Of a stretch of 64,000 nt of DNA, positions 37,047-49,260 are shown piece after piece. Each line of letters starts with the position of its first letter. Position 1 is the first letter of the stretch. The stretch is from Azolla caroliniana. Taxonomy: Eukaryota > Plantae > Polypodiophyta. A program made the position numbers and the translations under genes. The notes beneath the pieces are model-generated. The model was not told the origin of the DNA. It made no database searches and saw nothing but the letters and a program-made list of their open reading frames with translations. The stretch lies in NCBI GenBank assembly GCA_043228905.1, contig JBHGNT010000013.1, positions 5,952,001 to 6,016,000 of the forward strand, in the 5' to 3' direction.

Positions 37047-37722
37047 CATAGATTGACATATTCGCATTCGTCGGGTTTCCCATTCGAATGCAAACGAATA
37101 CGAATACGAATGGGTGGTCAAGTATTCGTTTAACTCAAAAAAAAAGAAAAACTTTGTCTTTTTCAATTTCCTAGGATAAAAAAAAGGAACTTGACAATAA
37201 ATAGGGATAATAAAAGAGGAACTTGACACTACTAAAATTTTATAATAAATGTATAACTTATAAGTTATAAGTATGTATTCGTTTTATTTTTAATAAATAA
37301 ATAAAATAAAATAAAGTCTCATTAATTTCTCACTTTTTATTCCCTCAAAATTTATGGATATTTTTATTTTGACATTAAAAATAGTACTTCAAACTAATCA
37401 TATCTTTAGAGTTCATACTAATCATATTTGTAAGTATAACTAAATTTTTATAATAAATGTATAACTTATAATTTATAAGTATTCGTTTTTTAAAAATAAA
37501 TAAATAAATTGATTAATTAAAATAAGTTTCATAAACTCTCTTGACACTATAATCTATTAATGAATAATTGTTCTTTTCTTGGTGAAATAAATAAATAAAT
37601 ATTATATATATTTTTGCAAAACAAATGGGTTTTTAATATTCTTGGGGTCATTTTGTATTCTCGAATATTGAGAATATTGCGCATGGAGAATATCACGAAT
37701 ATCACGCATGTGTCAATCTATG
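37047..37722. mobile_element. Non-autonomous hAT-type DNA transposon (MITE)
   Basis: 12-bp TIRs CATAGATTGACA / TGTCAATCTATG; perfect 8-bp TSD GGCATAAC (37039-37046 and 37723-37730); GAATA subterminal repeats; AT-rich core; splits host RT at VMPFG. Confidence 0.93.
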
Positions 37723-38056
37723 GGCATAACCATATACTCGAGGTGCCCGTATCGGGTGTGAAAAGAGGTCAGGTCTTCCATTCATTTCCTAGTCGGATCT
37801 GTACGAGGTTATATGCTCCTCGTCAGCCGATCTTTGTGAAGAACATTGCACCATTAATTCATTCTAAAAGAATCAAGATAAGGAGAAGTGCACAACTATT
37901 CGTGATGGCAACCTTATTTAAGCCACGATAATCTACGACGACATGAAGTGATCCATCATTTTTCTTGACAAAGAAAATGGGTGTGCCGGCTAGAGATTTT
38001 GAATGTCAAATGAACCCGTTCGCAAAATTCTCCTTTATATAGGCTCGAAGGACCAT

Positions 38057-41000
38057 TGAGAAAGAGATAGCCATGGTTTTAAGACAATGGTTTTGTGCAT
38101 GCCACAAGCATAACCATGTATGCAAAAATCATGGGTCTAAGCCCATGGTTTTGTACATGTTATAAGCACGGATAGACCTATAAAAACCCTTCTAGGGCTT
38201 GTATAAAGAGGGGGATTAATATGTGATATCACCATCATCAATATAATACTCTCATCTATCTTCTTGTAATTTTCTTCTCTTAAGCGTATCAATTTTCTTG
38301 ATCTTTTCAAGTGTGACATTGTCTTCCTTGACTCGAACATCCAAATCATCGTCTTTAAAATAAATTCCCAAACTTCCTCCTCAGTCCGAGACCCCGGTGG
38401 TCCTGCTCAAGTAGCACACACACACATATCTTTGCAATATCTTTTCGGTGAACCCGACGTGAAGAGCAAGAGGGTAGGATGAAGATGAAGAGGACTATCT
38501 CATCGAGGCAATGTCAAAGATGATGGAATTTTCGAGAGCAGGTAAAAGACGAGATGTAGCCCAACAAGTCGTCGAAAGCGTGGTCGAGTGAGTTGGTTGT
38601 TTCTAGAAACCTACAATGCCGAGATGGATTCGAGAGCTGTGAATGAAACTATGAGGCTGGAGGACTCTTGTCAAGTGGTGGTTGAAGAGATGTCAGCGAC
38701 CTGACAAGAGGAAGATGGGAATCTTGTCGAAAATGTTACGGCCCATGAGGGATGATCAAAGTAGGAGGAGATGCGGCAACATACCACCATAGAAGGAAAA
38801 AAACTCAAAGACGGAAGGTTCGACAATACTCGATATAGAAGTCTTTATGAGAGAGGTATTCGAGAACTTAAAGGTGCAAGTTGAGGCTGAAGAGAAGCTT
38901 CAAAAGGAGAAAAAACGGAAGCAAATGGTAATCAAGGAAGAAGAGACCTCCCGAGTGGCCAAGACGAAGGCCCAAGTTTGGTACTACGATGGTACCATGG
39001 GAGAAGGTGTGGAACAAGCTGCCAAATTCTCCTTTATGTAGGCTCGAAGGACAATTGACAAAGAGAATGTAGGTTAATGAAGTGGCCAAGACGAAGGTCC
39101 AAGTTTGGTACCACGATGGTACCACGGGAGAAGGTGTGGAACAAGCCACCAAATTCTCCTTTATGTCGGCTCGAAGAACCATTGACAAAGCGATAGCCAT
39201 GGTTTTAAGCCAATGGTTTTGTGCATGCCACGAGCAAAACCATGTATGCAAAAACCATGGGTCTAAGCCCATGGTTTTGTACATGTTATAAGCACGGATA
39301 GACCTATCAAAACCCTACTAGGGCTTGTGTAAAGGGGGGTTTTAATATGTGATATCACCATCATCAATATAATACTCTCATCAATCTTCTTGTAATTATC
39401 TTCTCTTAAGCGTATCAATTTTCTTGATCTTTTCAAGTGTGACCTTGTCTTCCTTGACTTGAACATCCAAATCATCTTCTTTAAAATAACTTCGCAAAAG
39501 TCCTCCTCAGTCCGAGACCCCGGTGGTCCCGCTCAAGTAGCACACACACACATATCTTTGCGACATCTTTTTGGTGAACCCGACGTGAAGAGACGGAGGT
39601 GAGGATGAAGATGAAGATGACTATCTCATGGAGGCAATGTCAAAGATGATGGGATTTTTGAGACAAGGGAAAAGACGAGATGCAGCCCAATAAGTCGTTG
39701 AAAGCATGGTCGAGCGAGTCGGTTGTTTCGAGGGGGTAAAGTCAAAACTTTTCTAGAAACCTACAATGCCGAGATGGATTCGAGAGGTGTGAACGAAGCT
39801 TTGAGGATGGAGTACTCTTGTCGGGTGGTGGTTGAAGAGATGCCAGTGACATGACAAGAGGAAGAAGGGAATCTTGCCTACAATGTCACAACCCATGGGG
39901 GATGGTCAAAGGAGGACGAGATGCGGCAACATACCAACACTCTAAGAGGAGGAAGGTTCGACAATACTCGACATAGAAGTCTTTATGAGAGAGGCATTCG
40001 AGAACTTAAAGGTACTAGAAACTTCGGCATTAACTAATGTAAGACCCAAGAGACGGAAGGTGGTAGTGAGGAAGCAAAGGTCAAAGCCAATGCGAACAAC
40101 CATAAGGTGGAAGTGGCTAAGCGTAGCAGGAGAAAGACAAATTCAGACTATGAAAACAAATGGATCCCTCAACCCTCGTTCAAGAGACTTGGGCATTAAC
40201 CAATGTAAGACCCAAGAGAAGGATGGTGGCGATGAGGAAGCAAGGGCCGAAGCTGATGTGTGTGACAGAGAGATCGCCAAGGAGATGGCTATGGACAACA
40301 TGACAAAGGCAAAAGCTGATCAGATGAGAATTCCTTCCCACATGTTCCTAAGACTTGGGAAGTTGCATCCGAAAGCCAACATGAGATCCAAAAGAAGGAA
40401 GGTGGCGGAGAGTGTATTTACAAAGCTAGTGTATACGATAAAGAGGTCGAGAGAAGCTCAAGAAGAGATGATGAGCACCAAATGGGCCAACTGCATCTAA
40501 AGAATGTGATTGCGACATCTAACAAGGAGGACATACTATCATGGAAATTGTGGCCAATTCTACCACAAAAGTATATCACGAAAGTGGGAAAAGTGGGAAT
40601 CATGAAATGTGGACACTTAAGGACCTAGTAGTGAGCATGTAATTGAAGAATGGACCACTAAGCGTAGTCAACATCATTATTCTAATAAGGCCTTGGGAAG
40701 ACATGTATGGAACAAGAAAAGATGATAAAGGAAAGTTAGTTGACCAAGGAGATGGCCGAGATGAAGGTGTCACATACACGAGGCATGAAGCAATATACTC
40801 AGGAGGAGAAAAGGGAACCAAGACCACTAGTCATGGCAATGCATAGAGTGAGTGAAGAACATGGTGGATCAGATGGCAACAATGGTTCAGGTGGAAGCAA
40901 TGCACAATGTGCTCAAAATGGAGACACAAAGTCGGCACGGGTGAGCTGCAAGGAAGGAGCAATCCAAAGGTTTACAACATTTGGCACCACAAGATCACTC

Positions 41001-41441
41001 TTTTCCTTCTTGGCACATGCTAGACGACGTGCGGTTTGGTTGGGGTGGATGTCGTGATGTTGTGTGTTCAGTGAGAGAAAAAGTAAAAAACTGTGGTTCC
41101 ATGCACATTACACAAACACTTGTAAATAAATAAAAATTAAACTAGTAGGGCCTACTAGGATTAAGTGCTTATAAAGAGGGTGCAAGGAAAATTTGAACCT
41201 TGTACATCCAAGGTAGAAGAGAATTGATTTACCACTAGGACAACTATCATATATTTTAAATTTTATATATTTTCATTGCATATTCAAATTACATACGAAA
41301 CAATAGTACATGCATAAAAACATGGTTTTAAACCAATGATTTTGTGCATGCCATAAACAAAACCATGTATGCAAAATCCATGGGTCCAAGCCCATGATTT
41401 TGTGGATATTATAAGCATGGATAGACCTATAAAAACCCTAC
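38057..41441 (+). mobile_element. Internally deleted gypsy element with tRNA-Trp PBS (Phygy/Ylt1-like, inferred); 5' part tandemly duplicated
   Basis: Partial LTRs ending ~38439 and 39565 (GCGACA); PBS TGGTGAACCCGACGTGA 39572-39588, variant at ~38446; decayed gag (VERVGCFEG...LETYNAEMD); GGGGTGGA then 3' LTR TGTCG from 41050, cut at 41441. Confidence 0.75.
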
Positions 41442-44400
41442 TATCAAGAATAGTACTAAAATAGAGAGAGAGTTAGTACTAGAGAAGGGAAGCACTATGA
41501 TGATTAGTACTAAGAGGAAAGGATTGTGTAAGAATCATGAGAGAGGAAGAGAGCAAAGGAGAGAGAGCGATAGAGAGAGAGAGAATGATGATAACAGATG
41601 ATATATTATATGAAGAGTAAGTACAAAATAGCTATGAGGCTTAAGACTGGCGTTGAACCAATTTGGTTCAAAATAATGCCTTGTGCCTCCTTTTATAGTG
41701 TTCTCAGGAATACTCCTGAAGTTTCTAGAATGTTCCACAGAAATGTGGAGTATACATCAATTTTCTATAGTAATACTTAAATGAAAATAATTTTCATTGT
41801 ATTACAATACATAGTCTAGTTAAATGAAGGTCATGGTTTCGAGTCTTGCCATATCATGACACTATCCCCCCTTTAAAACGACGAGTGTCACGAGTCATGT
41901 TGGATTGAGGACCTGGTTTGTCTGGATATTGATGATGGAAGTCTTCATGAAGAGCAGGAGCATTGGTCACATTCTCAATTCATTCCCAGGTATGCTCACT
42001 AGGACTATATCCTAGCCAATCGACTAAATAGTAGAGCTTGTTGCGAACAATCTTGGAGTCGAGGATGGCAGTAACCTCGTACTCAGGTCCATCTTCAAGT
42101 TCGATCAGGGGTGGAGGTTGTTTAAATTGACCTAGGATGGTGTTGTCTTGATAGGGTTCAAGGAGAGAACTCTGAAACACCGGATGTGTCCGAAGTTGCG
42201 GAGGTAGATCGAGACGAAAAGAGACATCGTTAATTTTTCCGATAATACGGAAAGGACCTAATTGCTGATAATCCAACTTCTCGCATGGGCGAGTAGTCTT
42301 GATGTGTCGTCCTAGTAGCCAAACCCGATTGCTAATGTTAAAACTAGATGGAAGCCGATGATGATCCGTGTAAACCTTGTGTGCTTGTGGAGCGTGCTTT
42401 AGATGAGTAGATAAATCCGCTTGTATCTTGCGTAACCGCTCCAAACGATCCTCTATGCAAGGATTTGTGGGTAACTCTAGAGTTTAAAATACACACCATC
42501 GGGGGTGACCACCTGTATAAGCATAAAATGGTGTAACCTTTGTCAATGAGTGGACAGAGTTATTATATGCAAATTCAGTGAAGTGGAGGATATCTGCCAA
42601 GTCATCTTGATGATAGCTTAGAAAACACTAAAGATACTGCTCCAACGTCTTATTTGTTCGTTCTGCTTGGACGTCTGTTTGCGGGTGGTAGCCGGAGGAG
42701 ACGTTACAAGTGACCTTAAGCATTTTAAAGATTTGTTTCCAGAACTTTGAGATGAACTGGGGTCCACGATCACTGATGATACCATCGGGAAGGCCACGAT
42801 GCCGACATACTTCCCGCTTTATAGTTTCACCAGTTTCTTCACTGGAGATTTCCTTAATACATGGCAGGAAATGGGTCATCTTCGTATGTCGATCTACTAC
42901 TGTTAAGATTACATCGAATCCCTTAGAAATCGGAAGATTCGTGATGAAATCTAGAGCAATGGATTGTCGTGGCTTGCTTGGAATTGTTAATGGTTCTAAT
43001 AATGCATATGGATGATGCCTTGGCATTTTTTCTTTGCAACATGTATCACAAGTCCGAACAAAATCTTCGACAAATTTTCGCATATGGGGCCACCAAAATG
43101 ATTGTTGTACTAAATCAAATGTTTTACTACTACCAAAATGCCTAGTTTTATATGTATCATGATAATTTTGGACTACTTGAAGGTGACAAGTACCATTAGG
43201 AACATACAGGATGTAGCTTTTCATCATTGCATTGTTGAGACAGGATGCTACCCAAGGCAAAATCCGACGCGTCTGCTTCAATGTTGAATGGTTTTTCTGG
43301 ATCAACATGAGCTAAAATAGGAGCTGATGTAAAGGCCTTCCTAAGACTCTCAAAAGCCATGCCTGCTTCTTCAGACCAAACGAACGATTGTCCCTTCCTG
43401 ATAAGCTGTGTGAGAGGCCAAACAAGCTTTCAGTAATCTTGTATGAACTTGCGGTAAAATTTGGCAAAGCCTTAAGAGCATTGCACATATCGCAATGAAC
43501 GCGGAGTTTGCAATTCTACCACTGTTTTGACCGTAGCTGGATCCATGGAGATACCTTCTGAGGAAATGACATAGCCTAGAAATTCTACCTGATTGCACCC
43601 GAAACTATAGTTTTCCAGCTTTGCATAAAGACCATGTTCTCGAAGTCGTTTTAGTACTAACAAGACATGAGAATCATGCTCTTCTTGGGTCTTCGAATAG
43701 ACTAGTAGATCATCCAAATAGATGATCAAAAAAACATCCAAGAGATCTCAAAATATATCATTTTCCATGTGTTGGAAGATTGTTGGCGCATTAGTGAGGT
43801 CGAATGGCATGACCGTATACTCGAAGTGCCCATATATGGTGCGAAACGTAGTCTTCCATTCATCTCTTGGTCGGATCCATACGAGGTTATATGCTCCTCA
43901 TAAGTCGATCTTTGTGAAGAACCTGGCACCATTGATTCGTTCTAAAAGACTTGAGATAAGGGGAAGTGCATACCTATTCCTGATGGTGACTTTATTTAAG
44001 TCATGGTTAATCTACCACGAGACGAAGTGATCCATCCTTTTTCTTGACGAAGAAAATCGGTGCACTGGCTAGAGATTTCGAATGTCGAATGAAACCATTT
44101 GCCAAAATATCCTCTATATAGGCTCGAAGGACTTCCAGTTCGGTTGGTGACAAATTGTAGATCGGTCCCCTAGAAGTTGAACAGTGGAGTCCTTTCTAGT
44201 GATGCTCAAGGGTTTTACTGATATTATGAAGAGAAACATTTCTTCCTTGCATCCTTCCTCACACAACTGATGTAGCGGAATGGTTGCAATCTTATGAGTA
44301 GATCCTCGGGTTTGTCGACACCGGATTTCTCTTGTCCTCTAATCTATGTTTGGGTTGTGTAATTGGAACCATGGTAATCCCAAAACAATGGGATGTTCTA

Positions 44401-46255
44401 GGATACTAATTATATCAAATGATACTACACACACTAAGTTATCTAGGACAATATTAACGGGCTTTGACTCTTCTATAATATTTCGAGAAGCAATGGGACT
44501 ACCATCAATGACTACTACAGAGTTTGGACACCAGAGTTTTCTTATCCATGCAGCAAGAATTGGCTCTGGAATCTAAGAGTGCTAAGACATATACTAGAGG
44601 AGTTGTTCTAACCATTACTTGAGCTAAGAACACATTGCTAACTGGCTTAGAGGAAATGGAACCACTAATGGGCTACACAGATCTAGGGTTGTCCAACCAA
44701 ACGACTCGTATTCTGGCTGGAGTTAATCATTTAACTCTTCTTCTAGTTGACTAAGGATTTCAAATTTGTTTGAAAGGCTTGGGCTATTAGGACTGTTAGA
44801 CACACCTAGAGAAATAGACTCGAGTTTAGTACTATTAGTACTAGCGGTTCTTTGATTTACCTGCCTTTTTGGCCGATGGGGATAGTTCACTACAATATGC
44901 CCCAGTCCACCGCAATAAAGACATAATCGATTTGCCATGCGTTGTCGCTTTTCGTCTTCCGATAGTGGTCCACAATGACGTGTGGTGTCAATTTCCATTG
45001 GAGTCAGAGTATTTGTTGGAGACGTATTAAATGACTCCCTTTGGAAAAGGCTTCGCTACGATTGAAGCGTAGGTGGGCTCTAATATTGTCCTTGGCATTT
45101 GGAACTGACGTTCCAAACGTCGTTTGAAGAGGCGGTTATCACATCGCACCGCGCGACTGATTGCTTATGTCAATGACTTTGGCTCTTCGGGAAAGTTAAG
45201 AGTAAATCTTGAACATCATTACATAGGCCAAAACGAAATTGCTCCATTAATGCCTGTTCATCCTAGGGAATATTGGTGGCGAGAAGATGGAAATCCGCAG
45301 CATAGGCCGAGGCTTGTCACTCACCTTGGCGCAATCTCCAGATTTTATTGATGGTTGTTCTAACACTGACGGTATCTCCAAAGTAGGCTTTAAACTTCCT
45401 AATAAACTCTTCGAAATTATTTAACAAGGGAGAGCTTTTTTCTAACAGGGGGGCGAACCATGCCTACTAGTCCCACTCGTGATGCATCGGTGGGATATTG
45501 AGAAGGATGCATTTGAATCACTAAACATACCTGATTGAGAAAACCTCTAAACTGTCATCACATCCCATCTAATTTTGTAGGAAGACGTATCTTGGGATCT
45601 TTGTGAATCCCTTGAGTGCTTGATCCTTGTTGTTGTAGTGATACAATAGTCTCTTCAAGTTAATGTACACGTAACACTAGCTCCCTGTGTTGTTGTTGTT
45701 CCAGTGCTATTTGTTGAAGATCCCCCAACAAACGTTGATTTTCTTGTTCTAGTGCTACAAATTTCTCTTTTAAGCACTGGAGCTCCGAGCAAACATATTG
45801 GTATTCTGGAGCACTAACAGTTGCCATTTTACTAGGGAGGATAAGAGGATTAGTATGAAGGGAAGGAGGGGTAAGAGGATGAGGAGGGAAAGGGAAATTT
45901 TGGTTCAAAGTGTTAGGAATAGTACTAAAATAGAGATAGAATTAGTACTAGAGAAGGGAAGTACTATGAGGATTAGTACTAAGAGGAAGGGAATGTGTAA
46001 GACTCATGAGAGAGGAAGAGAGAAAAGGAGAGAGAGAGAGAATGATGATAATAGATGATATATTATATAAAGAGTAAGTACAAAATAGCTATGAGGCTTA
46101 AGACTGACATTAAACCAATTTAGTTTGAAATAAGGCCTTGTGCCTCCTTTTATAGTGTTCTCAGGGGTACTCCTAAAATTTCTAGAATGTTCTAGAGAAA
46201 TCTAGAATATACATCAATTTTCTATAGTAAAACTTAAATGAAAATAATATGCTTT
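41442..46255 (-). mobile_element. Tcn1-like chromovirus with both LTRs (5' LTR truncated) and internal deletions
   Basis: 3' LTR 41442-41861 with PPT; EYEVTAILDSKIVRNKLYYLVDWLGYSPSEHTWE; INT 42480-43210; RT YLDDLL; gag MEIDTT...CLYCGGLGH; 5' LTR from 45911. Confidence 0.92.
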
Positions 46256-46261
46256 GTATCC

Positions 46262-48452
46262 TGGACTTGCATTTGTAAAATGGGGATCTAGAACTCCATG
46301 GGCATGACCGCCTCTAGTCCGAATGCCAATCAGAACGGTGTTTTCCAAATACTCGTTTTATAAGCCATCTGATACGCCCATAGTGCGTTGTGTATGTTGG
46401 TGTCCTAGTCCGTCTGGTACTCATTTACAATTTTCTAGAGAATGTTTTGGAACGTCTCGTTTGTTGACTCTTCCAATCCATTCTCTTACATGTAGTATGG
46501 TGTGCTACATTTATGAACTACTGCATAGAATGTCATTAGGATTTCCACAACAACTGAGGATATGTCCTCCTTGGTTGTTGATGAGCTTGATCAGGCATCT
46601 GTACTGGCACCATATATACTCATAGAGAAACTTGGTCGTCGATGCTGCGGTGTTCTCCCAAAATGGTTTTCCTTCCATTAATTTTTTGCAATAGCCTCTG
46701 GCTACTATGATGTACCGATTCCCTGTGGGCATTGCTAGTGGCTTAAATGGTCCCAAGAAGTCCAACGCCCACTTTTGAAATAGTTGTAATAGAAACACTG
46801 GTTGATGGGGCATCCAAGCTTGCTTTATTGTTTGGCCCATTTGTTGGCATAAATCACACTCTCTACAACACCGAACCACGTCGTTGAGGAATGTCGACCA
46901 CCATAACCCGCTTCACTAGATTTTTCGGGCAATGGGATCTCCAACATAGTGCCTACCGGCAACTCTACAATGGGCCTCTCGTAGGATTGCCTTCTTCTTG
47001 TCATTTCGTACTGCACGATGCCAGATGTCGTCGGTTGTATCAACAAAAATAGTGACTCTGGACCGCTAGATGTTCCTATTCGTCATGGCTTAGCTCTTGC
47101 AGAGGAAGTCCGATACTCAAGACCTGGTGCATATTGGTGAGCCATTTGTCTTCACCGGCCACTGTCTCATCTACCGCCATTTCCGTTGTAACCTTGAATT
47201 GCTCGACATCCAGGAAATCATCTCAGACTCCATCCCCTGCTTCTCCGGATTCTAGCTAGCTCAAGTAGTCTGCCACTACGTGCTATACTTCTGGTTGGTG
47301 GTATATCTTGAATTCGAACTCGTCCAGTAGTAGTGTCCACATTACTAACTTACCGGTTAATGATACCTTGGATACCAAAAAAATTATTGGCAATGGTCAA
47401 CATGGAATGAAAACTTTCATCCTAATAAATAGTGGCGGTACTTTGTGACGTTATACACCATCCCTCGGTATTCTCTCTCTGTTTTCAAGTAATTCCGTTC
47501 AGCTTTTGAGAGTTTTTGGCTTGCATAATATACCGAACGGTACCACTTTGGTTCGATAAGCTGCATGAGAACACTCTCGATTCTATGTTCAATGCGTCAA
47601 CGAACACATGAAAATCTTTTGTCCAATCAAGAGTTTGCACTATCTAAGCTTTGGATAGCATCACTTTCAATGCTTAATACGCCTTCTCCTCTTGATCCTT
47701 CCATTCAAAGGGTACACGATGCACGGTTGCATGTAAGGGAGTTGCAAAGTCTGCTAGGTATCGGAGCATCCGACTGTGCCACCAGAGCTGACGTAAGAAC
47801 CGGCTCAATGCTTTGGCGTTCGTTGGCATTGGTGCTTGCAAGATTGCTTTCACCTTTTCAGGCTCTATAGCAATTCCGCCTTTGTTGACAATGTGTCAGA
47901 GTAGTGCCCTGCTTGCGATCTCGAAAACACATTTTGCCAGATTCAGGCTTTGTCAAGATCCTCGACACTTCTCCAAAAACATCTGGAGGTTGTTCAAATG
48001 TTCTTCCTTCTAGCTATAGACTACAAAAAGGTTCAAAAAGACCTGCATAAATGCCGGGATGTAATCTCGGAATATTTCCATGATGATCCTCTGGAACGTC
48101 TCCGATGTTGTTTCAAGTCCGAACATCATAACTACTACGATGAACACTCCCCACTCCATGAAGAACGCCGTCTTCTGGTGCATCCGAATTTGATTATAAC
48201 CATTGAATCTGTCCAAGAAACTATATACTTTGTGACCGCCTACCGTATCTAACACCTCATCCATGAATGGTAGCTTTTGGTAGTCTACACAAACCCGAAT
48301 CTTTTTGTTTTTCTTGGGTACAACAACTATCAGACTTAGCCATGTCGCTTGGTTTACTGTCAGATAAAACATAATCTTAGCAACTTATCAATTTCTTCTT
48401 TGACATTTGCTGCATAATTTGGGTTCATCTGGTACCATCATTGGGCCACTGG
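46262..48452 (-). pseudogene. pol: Non-chromoviral gypsy pol remnant (RT, RH, INT)
   Basis: WLSLIVVVPKKNKKIRVCVDYQKL...YSFLDRFNGYNQI; CDLCQ...FQKWALDFLGPF. Confidence 0.88.
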
Positions 48453-48454
48453 CT

Positions 48455-49260
48455 TCATGTCCTTGTTGAGGTTGTGGCGAACAACCGGTCTGCTTGAGCT
48501 CTCTCCTCCACTTCTATGTGACATACGACCCCAGCCACCTGTTCCCTGATCCACCGTAGCCATTGGTTGTCGGTGCTCTGTTGTCTTGCTGATTCGGGTT
48601 GTGGCGTGGCCTCTACACTTGCCGAGAGCTTGTTTTGTATGGTTAACTCTAACGGCAACTCCGTCTCTTGCTGCGATTGCTACGCTAGTGAGGTCAGCAT
48701 TTTAATTACCGGTTCCTGGACAACCGGTCTTGCTGCTTCTTGCCGCACCGGTAGCTCTATCACCGGTTCTTGTTGAACCAACTCTGTTTCCTTGGCTCCG
48801 ATCCCTTGGAGTGAGGCGTCAGTGTCCTATCCTTTTCCGCACTCGATTCCTCGCCTTTCAACTCCGCATCACATTTCTTCTAGCGACATAGGAGGTGCTC
48901 AGTGCGTTATTCTTGGGCCGGGGGTGTATGAATCCATACTCGTGGAGTACACGAGCAACTTCACAGAATAACGCATCCTCTCCGCCTTGCGTTCGGTATG
49001 CCTTGCTTCCCATGGAGTATTCCCCGAAGAACTTTGTCAGAGTCTCTGGTGAAGGGTTGACGATTGAATAAATACCTCCCTTCGATAGTCCGGTTAGGGC
49101 GTGGATAGCTTCTTCTGTGATGACCTCTGTGTCGATTTTCTTCACGACCTTCTCAGCCTCGCCATGGGAGGTGCCTCGAAGATCCTCAGAAATCCTTCGA
49201 ACCCGTGTTGTTTGAACCATTTCTCGGCTATTTCAGAGAGTGCTATGTGCTCCATCTCGT
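48455..49260 (-). pseudogene. Accessory ORF N-terminal domain, homologue of 14600-15180
   Basis: IALSEIAEKWFKQHGFEGFLRIFEAP...FFGEYSMGSKAYRTQGGEDALFCEVARVLHEYGFIHPR. Confidence 0.75.

Larger units (their letters stand above)
31913..38053 (-). mobile_element. Tcn1-like chromovirus remnants: 3' LTR, CHD, INT, RH and RT fused at ~35893 to a second related RH-RT copy
   Basis: LTR 31913-32338 (TGTCA...TGACA) with PPT; MAHFVPC...ISDQEPQFVSKFW; EADASDF; two YLDDLL motifs (~35785 and ~36950). Confidence 0.88.
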
